Below are positions 10,251 to 22,390 of a stretch of DNA of 64,000 bases, piece by piece. Below the pieces are notes generated by a model. It did not search any database and was not told where the DNA came from. It saw only the letters and a program-made list of their open reading frames with translations. Numbering within the stretch: the stretch's first letter is position 1; each line of letters opens with the position of its first letter. The stretch comes from Selaginella moellendorffii (Eukaryota; Plantae; Lycopodiophyta), in contig NW_003314261.1 of the NCBI RefSeq assembly GCF_000143415.4, positions 62,001-126,000 on the forward strand. The letters are read 5' to 3'. The position numbers and the translations under genes were made by a program.

Positions 10251-11773
10251 CCGCCCAGTAACACAGTGGATCCGTTCCTCGCCACGCTCTGTGATAGCTC
10301 GCACGCAAGCCAATCTTCACACAGAGGGCATGGCATTGCTTCGTGCTTGTCTTGATTCTAATCTTCCTCTCCACACACAGGCTGGAGGTTGCAGCTTTGT
10401 CACTGAAGGAGCAGTGCGACAAACTAAAGGAAGCAAACTTGCAAGTCAAATTCATGCAAGAGCTTGTTATTTCCACTCTTTTCAACTGAAAGTTTTCTTC
10501 AGAAACCATTGACTTGGCTGCCTTGTGATTCTGCGTCCGCGTGAAGTGGTTGAGTGCAAACTTGCTTGAGAACATCATTCAACCCGCACTGCAACCTGCA
10601 AGGCACAGAAACTCAACAACAAAGAACGAAAGACAAGAACCAAGGTTGGCGACGTTACCTCCATGGCATATGATCCAGGAACATCGAGGGAGACACCACG
10701 AGGTCCCGGAAATCAACTAGAGAGAAATTCGTCACCTTGGACATTGCTCTTGAGTTTTTATCTCGAGATCCTACACTCAGGGAAGCAGCCATCCCGTCAG
10801 AACCATTCTCCCAGACGCCACCTTGGTCACCTCTAGCTTACCACTGTTACCATTAACAGCACCATTGGCTGTGGAATCAACTAGCCTTCCCATTACCACG
10901 GTCGAGCTGCCATGAGCGTCCTTGTCACAAGCATGGTAACAAAGAAAGGCTCCACCTTTGAGCTTGTGGCCGCAATTGCCATGCTTGTCCTGCATTGCTT
11001 CCCCACAACTTTGATTGTAGTCTTCATTAGTGGCTCCTTTGTTGGAAGATTTGCCTGTTCTCCACGAGCTGAAGAGCCTTCTGGCCACTCTTGCTATCAC
11101 TGCCAGCTTCGAGGTGTCTGAGTCTGCTGCTAGAGCCCGAAGCAAGGCCACGCGGAGCCTCATTAGCGAAGCCATGGACATCCTCAATGCAAACTTGTCG
11201 TTATACACAACACTGAAAGGTGGTGGACTTTCAGGATAGGATGAAAGGAATCGTGAGCCTGCTTCTGCGATAACAGTGTCAACACAGGGAAGAACACCGT
11301 ATCTGTAAGTGTGTAAGTTTGGAAAGCGGTGCCATAGCTGCTCAGAAAAAGAAAGAGATTGAAAAACAAGAGAGGAATAACTCCTGCATACGTACCATCA
11401 CTCCCACCATAGAAGCAATCGATCCACCAAGCAAGTGTCCGGTAAGTCTCAGAGAAAAACCTTCACACTTCCCGCTGGGACCAAGTATGGAAATCAAAAA
11501 ACCATATCTTTTTTTATGATCCAGAGCTACCTGCTAAAGAAATGAAATACATGAGCAAAGAGCAAGCCTTTTTTCTTTCAAAACCTGACAGCTTGGGATT
11601 ATCTTCGGGGCTGTCTAGCTCAAAGGCAAGCTCTCTAGCTGCTGCCACCACACCAGCATGGTCATAGTGAGGATTTGATGACGAGATTTCATGTTTTGCT
11701 ATGTCAGACAAATTACCTGATGTGCATAGAGTATCAAACTTGTAGGGAATGAGAGCAAAGTATAACCACTACT

Positions 11774-12985
11774 TGTAAGGAACCAACTCTCTAAGGTGTT
11801 GTAGGCTAAAGGATCCCTGAAAGCATGACCAAAATGATAAAGAGTTCATCGGATGGGACCGAGTCGAAGATAGAGTCCAAGGCCGACTCTGAGACCAAGT
11901 TTGAGATAGAGTTCGGGATCGAGTCCGAGGCTGAATCGGAGACCGAGTTCGAGATAGAGTTCGGGATCGAGTCCAAGGTTGAATCGGAGACCGAGTTCGA
12001 GACCGAGTTTGAGACAAAGTTCGAAATCCAAATCGGGTCCGAGAACGAGTCTGAGGTCGAGTCCGAAGTCGAGTCCGAGATCAGGTCCAAGATCGAGTCT
12101 GAGACCGAGTCCAAAGTCAGGTCCAAGATCGAATCCGAGATCGAGTCCGAGACCGAGTCCGAGACCGAGTCCGAGTACTAATATAGGTCAAGGGGTGAAA
12201 GCCCAAAGCATGCGTCTCCCCGTCTCCTAGGGGGGGGGGGGGGGGGGGGGGTTGCAGAGGGTTCCAAAAGTATAGTAGGGATAGTGAGGTCTAGGAACCA
12301 ATCTTGAAGGAACTCTCCAGTGGTGCTTCCAAACTGACTTAAGGTTGAGACTGGGGTCGAGGGGCCTTGGGTGGGAGTGAGTAGAGACTTGGGTGGTGCC
12401 GGAGGGGCCACCCCAGGAAGTGCTCAAGAGTAGCTCCCACTCCCGAAAGGGAAACCGATTGCGGTGCTCTCGACTCATGTGGAGTGGTGCCCCACTTGAG
12501 TACCGTGTGGCTCATTGGTCTTTGCCCTTCCTAGGGGCTTGGGCCTTCCTTCGGGATGGAAGTGGGGGGGTGAAGGTACCCATATCGGGCCATTAAGCCA
12601 CGGTGTTTTGCCCCAACGTCCCGAAGCAAATGTTGCACCCAAGACTTAGGATTTAGGGGGTCCCATAATCAAGTCTTGTGGTACCAAGGGGTGTTAGGAA
12701 CCTGGAGGCTTGGTGTGCTTGGCTGCTTGTGCCTGCGGGGAGTGTAGTCGAACCTTAAGTCCAATCTAACCTGAGGAGGGGGATTGGGAGAGATTTGGGA
12801 ATCCGTGGATGGATGGCTAACGCTCCGTTACTCGTGCAGTGAGTAGTTGAAACCAAGTAGGACCAAGTAGGAGCTGGTATCATAGGCGGGAACCTTGGCG
12901 AGAAAACTTAGCAAAAGTCAAGGTAGTGTTGGACGGATAGACGAGGTAAGCTGGCAAATTGGAAAAAAAAAATTTATGGCTTACA
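11774..12985 (+). mobile_element. Solo LTR (Ty3/gypsy, same family as the 17668 LTR)
   Basis: TGTAAG...CTTACA termini and a 5-bp TSD CTACT on both sides. Confidence 0.9.
11855..12176 (+). repeat. Hexamer-based tandem array (GAGTCC/GAGACC/GAGATC) inside the LTR
   Basis: Visible 6-bp periodicity, which produces spurious E/S-rich ORFs. Confidence 0.9.
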
Positions 12986-13209
12986 CTACTACACAAGAGC
13001 ATTATATTTCAACTACTTGGTATCAACTTAAATGTTAGTAGCAATTACAAATTTTATATTGTAATTTGACATATTCTTTAAAACTAAATAAGTTTATATA
13101 TGTTGATAGGTAGAGCTGCAATTTACACACACTCTTATATCTTCTATAGATAAATCTTGACAAATTATACTTATATTCATAAGTATCAAATAAATCCAAC
13201 AATTAAAAC

Positions 13210-16200
13210 TTACTCCCCATATTTCAAATATTCCACAGCATTAACAAACCATGCATTTTCTTCCACCATCACCTGCATATGTTTGTCAATTATCCCAACA
13301 AGGCCTGTGATCTTTAACTTCTCATATATGCGCTTTCTTTTGTGGATCTTTGGAACACTCCCACACATTAAATCATCGTTCTGAAACACATTAATATCTG
13401 TAGTAAAACAGATAATCCATTTCAAAAGCCCTCCTTGATGCAAAAACTGTTTAAACTTTGTGACAGCTATCTCCTCAATTTGTGATCTTTCCTTAAAACC
13501 TTTGTTGTGCAAAAACAGATCATCAATATCTAACCTGTCCAAAGCAATTATCAAGTTAAGTCAAAGAACAAATCATCAATGTCTAACCTGTCCAAGGCAC
13601 TTGTCAAGTCTGTCTTCGACCTAACTTTGTGTTGATATAGCGAGAAGACAGGAACTTGCTTCTCTCCTACCTTGCTGATGCAAGCAGCAATCATGTCAGG
13701 TCCAAATCTAATAACATTTCCACTATAAAAAAAAGGCCGAAAGGATTCCTACAACAAAACAAATTATTCCACAATTGAAAAATCAACAATGCAAGGAGAA
13801 TACCTGTTGCTTTCCTTGTAAAACCACCTCAAACTGCTCAAGCCATGCCAGAAAGGTCATCCCATTGTCCTCTTCAGGCATTTGCTGTATCATCTCACAG
13901 TTGTTTGACCTTGGCACTTGTAGAGGATGCTTGTAGACCGGATCCACTTTTTCCTTGTACACCTTTGGGATAAAATCCACTGGTGCCTTATTCTCCAAAA
14001 ACTGCAGAAGCAAGGGAGCGGAATACGGTTCAAACTTCACCCCTAGCTCTGACTTGCTGCAAACACCCATATCATTGATCAGCTTCTTCTGCACATCTAC
14101 ACTGGCTGTGAGATAGTTCCACAAAGCCCTCACTACAAGCGGTTCTCCAATCTCAACAGTTCGAAGGGAAACCTGTGCTGCATTCTGAGGAGCAGCTGAG
14201 CAGAAATCTGTATCCGGTTTGAAATGCAAAGGCTGGTAGCTGCTCTCCCCAGTCCGTCTCAGCCTGCCGATCCCTGCTTGTACAAATCTCAAATCACTGT
14301 CCGTGACTGCCAGGCTTACAGGAACTCCCGTGTACACCCGCAGCAGCAATAAAGTTATGACCACCTCCCAACACCCAGGATGGAATGATGGTAGTGCAAA
14401 GAACTTCACAACATCGTCCCACACAGATCTGTTGATGGAGAGGGCAGGGCCTGGTCGCCTACACAAATCATCTGCCTTCTTCAAGAAATAGTCTGTAGCG
14501 ACCAATCGTTGCTCCTCTGAATCCCGTAAGAACATCTGTAACACTGTCACGTAAAACCTGTATCTGCCTCTGTAAACACCAAAGATCGTGCTGAAGTCGA
14601 AATCACACACGTCTTTCACAAACTTCACTGTGTACTCCTTGATAGATTCGGCACTAGAAAAATGCCCAAAGTCAGAGTACACATAATAGCTGAGTTTGTC
14701 TTTCACGGTCTCTGAAAGGGAGTCTAGCATCCGTATCAAATGCCGGCCTGTCCCAGATATTATGGTATTTTCGAACTTCATGTCACGCAGAGCCAAGGCG
14801 AGCTTGTCTAGCATCGACAGGTTAACGTCACTCACAGTCAGGCCCCTAAACCTGTTCTCCAGCAAATGTGATAGTTCTTGGCATTCGTCTATTACCACAA
14901 CGCCCTTATCATCCCAGCGTACCTGTCTTTTAAGCTCATCGAGAATGTCAGGAAAGATGTCGCTTGCAGCTTCAATGTCGGATGAATTCCGGATCAGACT
15001 GAGTATTCTCCTCGTCAGCTCCCTCCATGGATCACGCCATGGATAATTCAAGTGTGAAAAGTATAGCTGCACAACACAAACAATTTAGCTCCCTCACAAA
15101 CCAAACACGAATCTTACTTGCTTAAAAAGCCAGACGAGCCGGGTAACGTCGATGCCTGCAGAGCGAGCTTCTCTCAAAATGTAAAACCTCGATATGAAAA
15201 CTGCTGTAAGGCACACCATTAAGGCGTCTTCTGGGATGACTCCCTCGGGATACAAGCGTCCCAATTCTGTTGCAACGTGATAAAGATCTCGAGAACCTTC
15301 ATCCCCTGATCCGCTCTCCGTAACACCCGTCAAGTAAATGGAGTCCCTCTGACAAGATATTTCGTAGAGCGTCCTTGTTTTGCCACTGCCAGAAGCATCA
15401 ATCAAGAAGCAGAGGTCTGTATCCCGCAGCTTCCCAAGCACCTCTGACGCAGACCCGATATAATCTCCATCCTCCAGCCCCTCTAGTAACAGAACCGCCC
15501 TGCCTTTTAAGGTACATAACTCCTTGCTGCTACGAGAATAAGAGTGCTTAAAATATTGCTCTGGAGGCATGGAAGGAAGACGTTCCTTCACCCGTTCCCA
15601 AACTTCAGCACAGACGTCTTCAACGTTCTTCCGGGTTAGTGCCCCTGGAACAGCGATGGCCACAGAATTAAACACAGCCAAAGGGCAAACAGGATCGAAC
15701 AGGACCACAAGGATGCGGAGATTACCACACAGAGAGTAACACAAGACAGATGTCAGGAAGCAAAAATCCCTACATGGAAGCCAGAGCAGGATCCTGACCA
15801 GAAGTAGTCCAGTGGAGCAGGAAAACTTGAAACGCAAAACCCAGCTCTAAGCCGAAGAAGACACAGACAGCATTAATACAACGCAAGGGAAGCAGATGGC
15901 CGTGAATTTAATTACAACCACAAGCCAGACACAAGCACCCAAGAACAACCTTGAAACCCTATAGACATCCGCCGATAGGAATGGGACTTCCGACATGGAT
16001 GCATGTGCAAGGAAACAAAGGGCTTTCACAAATTGCTTACCAGATCTGCGGATTCCATGGGGCACTGCAACATTCACAACATAACAAAGTTAGTATAAAA
16101 AACTATCAATAAACATGGCCAGAAGCCATAGCCATACAAGGATGACTAAGGATCCACAAGGGAGTATGCGTCAGCATAGCCAACCTATGACTTACCATTA

Positions 16201-16436
16201 CTTCTGAGGAGGAGGAGTTTTTCCTCCCGCAGCTGTTCTTCCTTCTTCCGCAGCTGCTCTTTCTCATTCCGCAGCTGCTCTTCCTTCTTCTGCAGCCGCT
16301 CTTTCTCCTTCAGCCAGTATTCCGCCAGAGATTGATTGCCACTCTGAAGGGCAGAGAGAAAAGATTCCCCAACCGCTTGGATCTGCGGCTCAAGAAGCGC
16401 GATTTGAGCCTGCACCTTAGCCAATTCCTCGTCCAT
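13210..16436 (-). CDS. Crinkler/RHS (CR)-like protein: N-terminal coiled coil, P-loop NTPase and PD-(D/E)xK-type nuclease; C-terminus frameshifted
   Basis: Exon 1 carries KEEQLR repeats and a donor at 16195. Walker A is FLIDASGSGKTRT and Walker B is VVVIDECQ. After the intron at 13803-13749 the frame reads PFFYSGNVIRFGPDMIAA...YQHK. A ~52-bp duplication at 13520-13608 shifts the frame. Confidence 0.7.
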
Positions 16437-18283
16437 TTTGGTAGCTGAAACCCTTTCTTGAAACCATCTTGTATGGAATCGTCAGGAACCGCACGATCTT
16501 CATCCGACGGCCTGGTGTTTTAGACCATTAACTCAATTATAAACACAGCCACACTTTTGTTTGTTTAAGCGATTTTACAGTTTTGTAGGGTCTTCCCATG
16601 CGCTGGCCACCAAAGTGGAGAATGTTGCCAAGGCCATCCTATCCACAATCACCTCTTGTACCACACTGTTTTGTTTTCCCTCTGTAGATTCTAGAGCTCC
16701 AGGCGAGTGGGGCGAGATCCAGAGCCCAAGCGTGCAGACAAGATGGATTTGGCTGTTCTGGCAGAAGAAGCTATGGAGGTTGATATTTCCTCGGCTCCTC
16801 TAGGCTCCTCCACCCTTGGACGAAGATGGTGCCGTTTGTGCACTCTCCAAAGCTCTTGTCCTCACTCCACAGCCTGGCGAGGTCGTCTCCCCAACGAACT
16901 CCTTGATCACACAGTACCAGTCAGAGATTGATCGCGTACTCAAGAGCCAGGGAGAAGCTGACAGACTGCATCCTGTAGCAGTACCAGCAACTGGAATCCG
17001 ACAAGTCGCTGCTGCCACCACTGCCATCTTCCAACTCGTCCAAACAATCGCTGGAGTGTTGTGATGTGAAAAGGGATGGACATAACACTCATGAGCTCGT
17101 TCATTGTGTTCCGACTCTTTTTACATGACTCAAGGGACATGACTCATACCACGTGGACATGCCATGTCAGCTGATCGAGACTGACATCTTGACACTCCCA
17201 CTCTGGCTGGATCAGCTGAGAGGATGGACTACCCCTCCCACTCAGCCGAAACAGATGGAGAGCAGACTCCCAGTGCAGCGCGATGCCATTCAAACTGTTG
17301 TGGTTTTATTGAGATTGAATTCTCTAGATCGAAACAACCACCAAAAGAAAAGAATTAACCGGATGTGTCTCCCTACGTGATGTGCCAGCCATGTGGCTGT
17401 CCACCTACTCTAACAGTCCCACTCGGACAGACACCTAAGGCTGCACAGAACTGGGAGAACTTCGGCGTGGACAATGGCTTTGTAAGCACATCTGTGGGCA
17501 TGTCCTGTGTGGGGCAGTAGCTAAGCTAGATTACCCCATCTTCGAACTGGTCCCATAAGAAGTGATGCATTGTGTCCATGTGTTTTTTCTGGGAATTAAT
17601 TTTGCGATGTTTACTCAAGGCTATGCAGCATTGATCATCGCAATAGATTAGTGTTGATTACCAAAGTTGTAAGGAACCAACTCCCCAAGTTGATGTAGGC
17701 TAAAGGATCCCCGAAAGCATGACCAAGACCAAGTCCGAGTACTAATACAAGTCGAGGGGGGGGAGGGGGCTGCGGGAGGGGGGGTTCCAAAAGTATAATA
17801 GGGATAGTGAGGTACAGGAATCAGTCTTGAAGGAACTCTCTAGTGGTGCTTCCAAACTGACTTGAGGTTGAGATTAGGGGTTGAGGGGCCTTACTAAACA
17901 TGGACTTGGGTGGTGCCGGAGGGGCCACCCCAGGAAGTGCTCAAGAGCAACTTCTACTCCCGAAAGGGAAACTGACTGCGGTGCTCTCAGCTCATGTGGA
18001 GTGGTGCCCCATTTGAGTACCTTGCAGCTCATTGGTCCTTGCCCTGCCTAGGGGCTTGGGCCTTCCCTTCGGTTTAGGGTTTAGGGTAAGTGGGGAGTAA
18101 GAGTACCCACACCAGGCCGTTAGGCCATGGTGTTAACCCCCGGTCTCCCGAAGCAAGTGGTGCACCTAAGGCTTGGGATTTACAAGTCTTGTTGTACTAA
18201 GGGATGTTAGGAACTTGGAGGCTTGGTGTGCTTAGCTGTTTGTGCCTGCGGGGAGTGTAGCCGAACCTTAAGTCCAGTCTAAC

Positions 18284-19724
18284 TATGAGACATCAAATCC
18301 CTAGGCCCCAAAGTGGAGCCAAAATGGTGCCACGTGGTAGTGGCCAAAGCGAAAGCCAAATGAGTGTAACACGTTTGGACTAAAAGCTCCGACTTGAATG
18401 GTCGAGAGCGGGAGTAGAACTCCCAACAAAGTGCTCGAGGAACAAACATGAAGCAAGCAATAAGTGAGTCTCTAAAAAAGGGACACGAGATGGACCTGAG
18501 ATGGAGTCCGAGATGGACCCGAGATGGAGTCTGAGATGGAGTCCGAGATGGACCCAAGATGGAGTCCGAGATGGAACCGAGATGGAGTCCAAGATGGATT
18601 CGAGATGGAGTCTGAGATGGACCTGAGATGGAGTCCGAGATGGACTCGAGATGGAGTCCGAGATGGAGTCCAAGATGGACCCGAAATGGACCCAAGATGG
18701 AGTCCAAGATGAACCCGAGATGGAGTCTAAGATGGAGTTCGAGATGGAACCGGGATCGAGACCGAGACCGGGACCGAGACCAGGACCGAGACCGAGTCCG
18801 AGTCCGAGGTGTGGGGGTTGGAGCCCAGTGGAGCTAGTTTTTTTCCCAGGAAGGCCATACCCAGCTGTTGGGTGATGGGATGACCACTGGGAAGTCCAAG
18901 ACTAGAATGAATACGGACAGACAAGCGGGGTAGCTTGGTGAAGTGTTCAAGAGCCAGCTTTAGTTCCCTTGGGAGATTGAATGGTTGATGCTCCCAGTCC
19001 AAGTGTGGGTGGCACTACCTACTTGGATACCTAGTGTGGCTCAATGGAACCTCGCTCTAAGCCTATGGCTAAAGCACCCAAGTACGGAAGGCGGGGAGAG
19101 TACCCAGGTGGCTCATGTAAGGCCACGATGTTCCGAAATGTTGCTCCAAAGTCCCAGATTGTGGAAAAGAAGAGGAGTAGACCTTTAGCGTAGTGGCTAA
19201 GGATATAATGACATGGTGAGGAAGTCCTAGAGGACATTGGGACTTAGTGGTTGGGCCTGTGGGCCTTGACCCAGTGGCAGTGTTGGTGAACATAGCCATG
19301 GGTAGGACGGGACTTAGTGGGGATTGAAAGAGGGATATTGGGGAAGGTTGTTCCCCTTGTCAGTGGGCATCCTAAGGATGCTAAGGAGTGGATCTGGGAT
19401 GACCACTTATGGATGGTTGGCTCAGTCTTGGAAAGATAGGATTGTGATGTAAGTAGTATTGGACCACCAGTGCGGCGAAGGTGATTGAGCATAGCCTTAG
19501 CATAATAGGCTGCTCTGTCAGTGGTACCTTTGAGTGTCGGTCATATGATCGGACACATGGAGCACTTGGACCAAGTGCAAAGGTTGAGTGGCAAGGATGC
19601 CATTCTCAGGGCTAGCCAGCCCCAGTCCAAAATGGGACTTATGGAGGTTGTGAGTGAGACTCCTCCAATTAGTCGGAGGTGTGGTTAAGTGACTAAAGTA
19701 GAATGGAAAATTTAATCGCTTACA
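18284..19724 (+). mobile_element. Solo LTR of a second family nested in the chromovirus 5' LTR
   Basis: TSD CTAAC at 18279-18283 and 19725-19729, ending in CTTACA. Removing it restores colinearity with the 11774 solo LTR. It contains a GAGATGG-based array at 18487-18808. Confidence 0.85.
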
Positions 19725-22390
19725 CTAACCTGAGGAGGAGGATTGGGAGAGTTTGGGAATCCATGGATGGATGGCTAATGCTCCATTGCTTGTGCAGTGA
19801 GTAGTTGAAACCAAGTAGGACCAAATAGGAGCTGGTACAATAAGCGGGAACCTTGGTGAGGGAAATTAGCTAAAGCTAAGGCAGTTTTCATTGGATAGAT
19901 GAGGTAAGCTAGCAAATGGAAAAGGAAAACTTTGTGGCTTATAATTTGGTATCGAAGCCTTTTCCTCAGTTCTAGCAAAGGATAGAGGCAGATTGCTGGG
20001 AGATGGCAAGGACAGGACATAAACAAACAAAGGCGGAGACGGGACTACCTCCGGAGCTGGAGCCTTTGGTCGAACAAGAACCTATATATGAGAAATCCTT
20101 GCACGAGGAGGACTCCAGTGAGGATACTTCCAAACAGGAGTCTAGTGGGGAGGTTCGGTCGTCCAAGGCTCGATTGGACGTTCTAGAAGGACAATTGGCT
20201 TAAACTAATGCCCTACTAGAGACTCTTGTACGCAAGCTAAAGTGTGACAAGAAGCCGAAGAAAAAGCAAAAGATTGCGGATGCTGGCAACACAGAAGGTG
20301 CGGACCCTTCAGCAGGGACTGAGGCAGAACCAAACAAGGTTGAACAGACCGAAGTGAAATCAGTCCCTCAAGCAGTTCCCAAGTACAAACCAAAGCGCCC
20401 ACCAGTCTTCAAGGGAGTGAACGACTATAAGGTGGTGGAGGATTGGTTTTATGATATGGAGGGCTACTTCCGAACGTTACAGTTACCGAGCTTGGAGAAG
20501 GTCCCATGTGCAAAACCATACTTAGCAGATAATGCCAAGTCTTGGTGAAGAACGGCAGAGGCCAACGAAGGACTGGTGGCCACTTGGGACATAATTAAGG
20601 CGAGGATCCGCGCGATTTACGTTCCTCCGAATGCTACTCTGCATCTAAGAGATGAGCTGAGTAAGCTGAAGCAAACTGGAATCATTCAGGAGTATGTGAA
20701 TGGGTTTATGGCAAAGAGGATACTTGTTACAGATATGGGTGATATGGATGCGTTCCATGCCTTCATATCAGGCTTGCAAACTTGGGCTTGCAGTGAGGTG
20801 ATGCGTTGAAACCCGACCAACTACAAGGAAGCATTGGATGCAGCTATCAAGGTGCATTTCAATAATAACCTGCAAAAGGGGAACACGACGGGGTTGGGGT
20901 CCACGTTTAGCGAAGGGGCCAAACCAAGGGGAACGATGGCAAAGGGAAATTCTCAAAATTCTTAGAGAGTTTCTCTAAGAATGAGTCCTCGGAGTTCCGG
21001 AAAGGCAGATCTGGTGGCCAGCGAGTGAGTATGTGGGGGAGTCAAGCAAAAAGAGACAAACCCACAGATAAGAAGGGCAAGTTAGCTAATAGCGTGAGAA
21101 ACAACATATGCTACAACTGTGGTGAAGCGGGACACTTCTCGAGGAAATGTCCCTACTCAAAAAAGGCCAGAGCCAATATGGCCATTAAGTCGGGTGAAAT
21201 CCAAACTAAGGTATGTGATCTAGTCCCTAGCTCAAAGTTACTCATTACATGAGCAACTTTGGTAAAGAGTTGTTTGTGAGATGTACTAGCCCTCCGAGGG
21301 AAGTTCGGAGGTAGCTTTGTTAAGATCCTTATTGACACGGGTGCTTCGGATAATTTTGTGGCTATAGACATAGTCTGGCAAGCCAGACTAACAGTGCATA
21401 CTTCAACAAGCAAGAGTCAAAGTAGGGACATTGAAAGTAGACATGGATTTCACCATGTTAGACATGGCAGGATTTGACGTAATCTTCGGGATGGATTGGT
21501 TCAATCGGTTCGTAGTAGCCCTGCATGGATAAGGTAGGAACCTTGTGGTATTGGCGAATGCCCGAGGAGAACGATCTAGGGTGGAGGCCCAGGATCTAAA
21601 GGTAGGGCAATGTAAGGCCAAAGATTCCTGCTTGAACCTAGTGTCCACAAGAGGACAACTCACTAAAGGAACTAAGGCAATTTTTTTTACTCCTTACTCT
21701 CGATGAGGAGTGACAAAAATACAGGAACAAAAGAAGTGCCTTTAGTGATCCAGTAGGTGTTGGACCAATTCTAAGATATCATGCCGGAAGAGCTACCGGT
21801 GGGGTTGCCCCTTACACAACCAATAGAATATAAGATTAAGCTAGTGGAGGGTGCTAAGGCGGTGGTTTGTCCCCCTTATCGTTTGAACAAAAAAGAACTC
21901 AAGGAGCTCAAGCGCCAACTAGAGGAGTTAGTGGAAAAAGGGTATGTTAGGTTGAGCAAGTCACCATGTGGTGCACCAATTTTATTTGTGAAAAAGAAGA
22001 CTACCGGTTGCTCAACAAGTATACAAAGAAGAACAAGTTCCCGTTACCAAGGATTGAGGACATGTTCGATAGGTTGGGAAAGGTGAAATACTTTTCAAGG
22101 ATCGACCTAAAGTCAGAATACTACCAGATCAGGGTAGCAGAGGAAGATGTTGAAAAGACAACCTATCGAATAAGGTATGGAAGCTTCGAGGTTCTGGTGA
22201 TGCCTTTCGGGCTGTGCAATGCACTAGCAATGTTCTTAGCGTTGATGAACCATATCTTTGTAACCTATTTTGATCACTTTGTGGTTGTCTATACTCACAA
22301 CATCCTGATCTATAATGAGACGCTAGAGGAGCATGCTGAACACTTAACAAAGGTGTTTGAGAAACTAAGGGAGAACAAGTTATATGCTAA

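Noticed and set aside
10770-11520. Short ORFs such as MAPLLEDLPVLHELK...
   Set aside because: Possibly a decayed gene, but no recognisable domain and interrupted by stops.
11769-12230. E/S/R-rich ORFs in several frames (also 18279-19002)
   Set aside because: Artefacts of stop-free tandem repeats inside LTRs.
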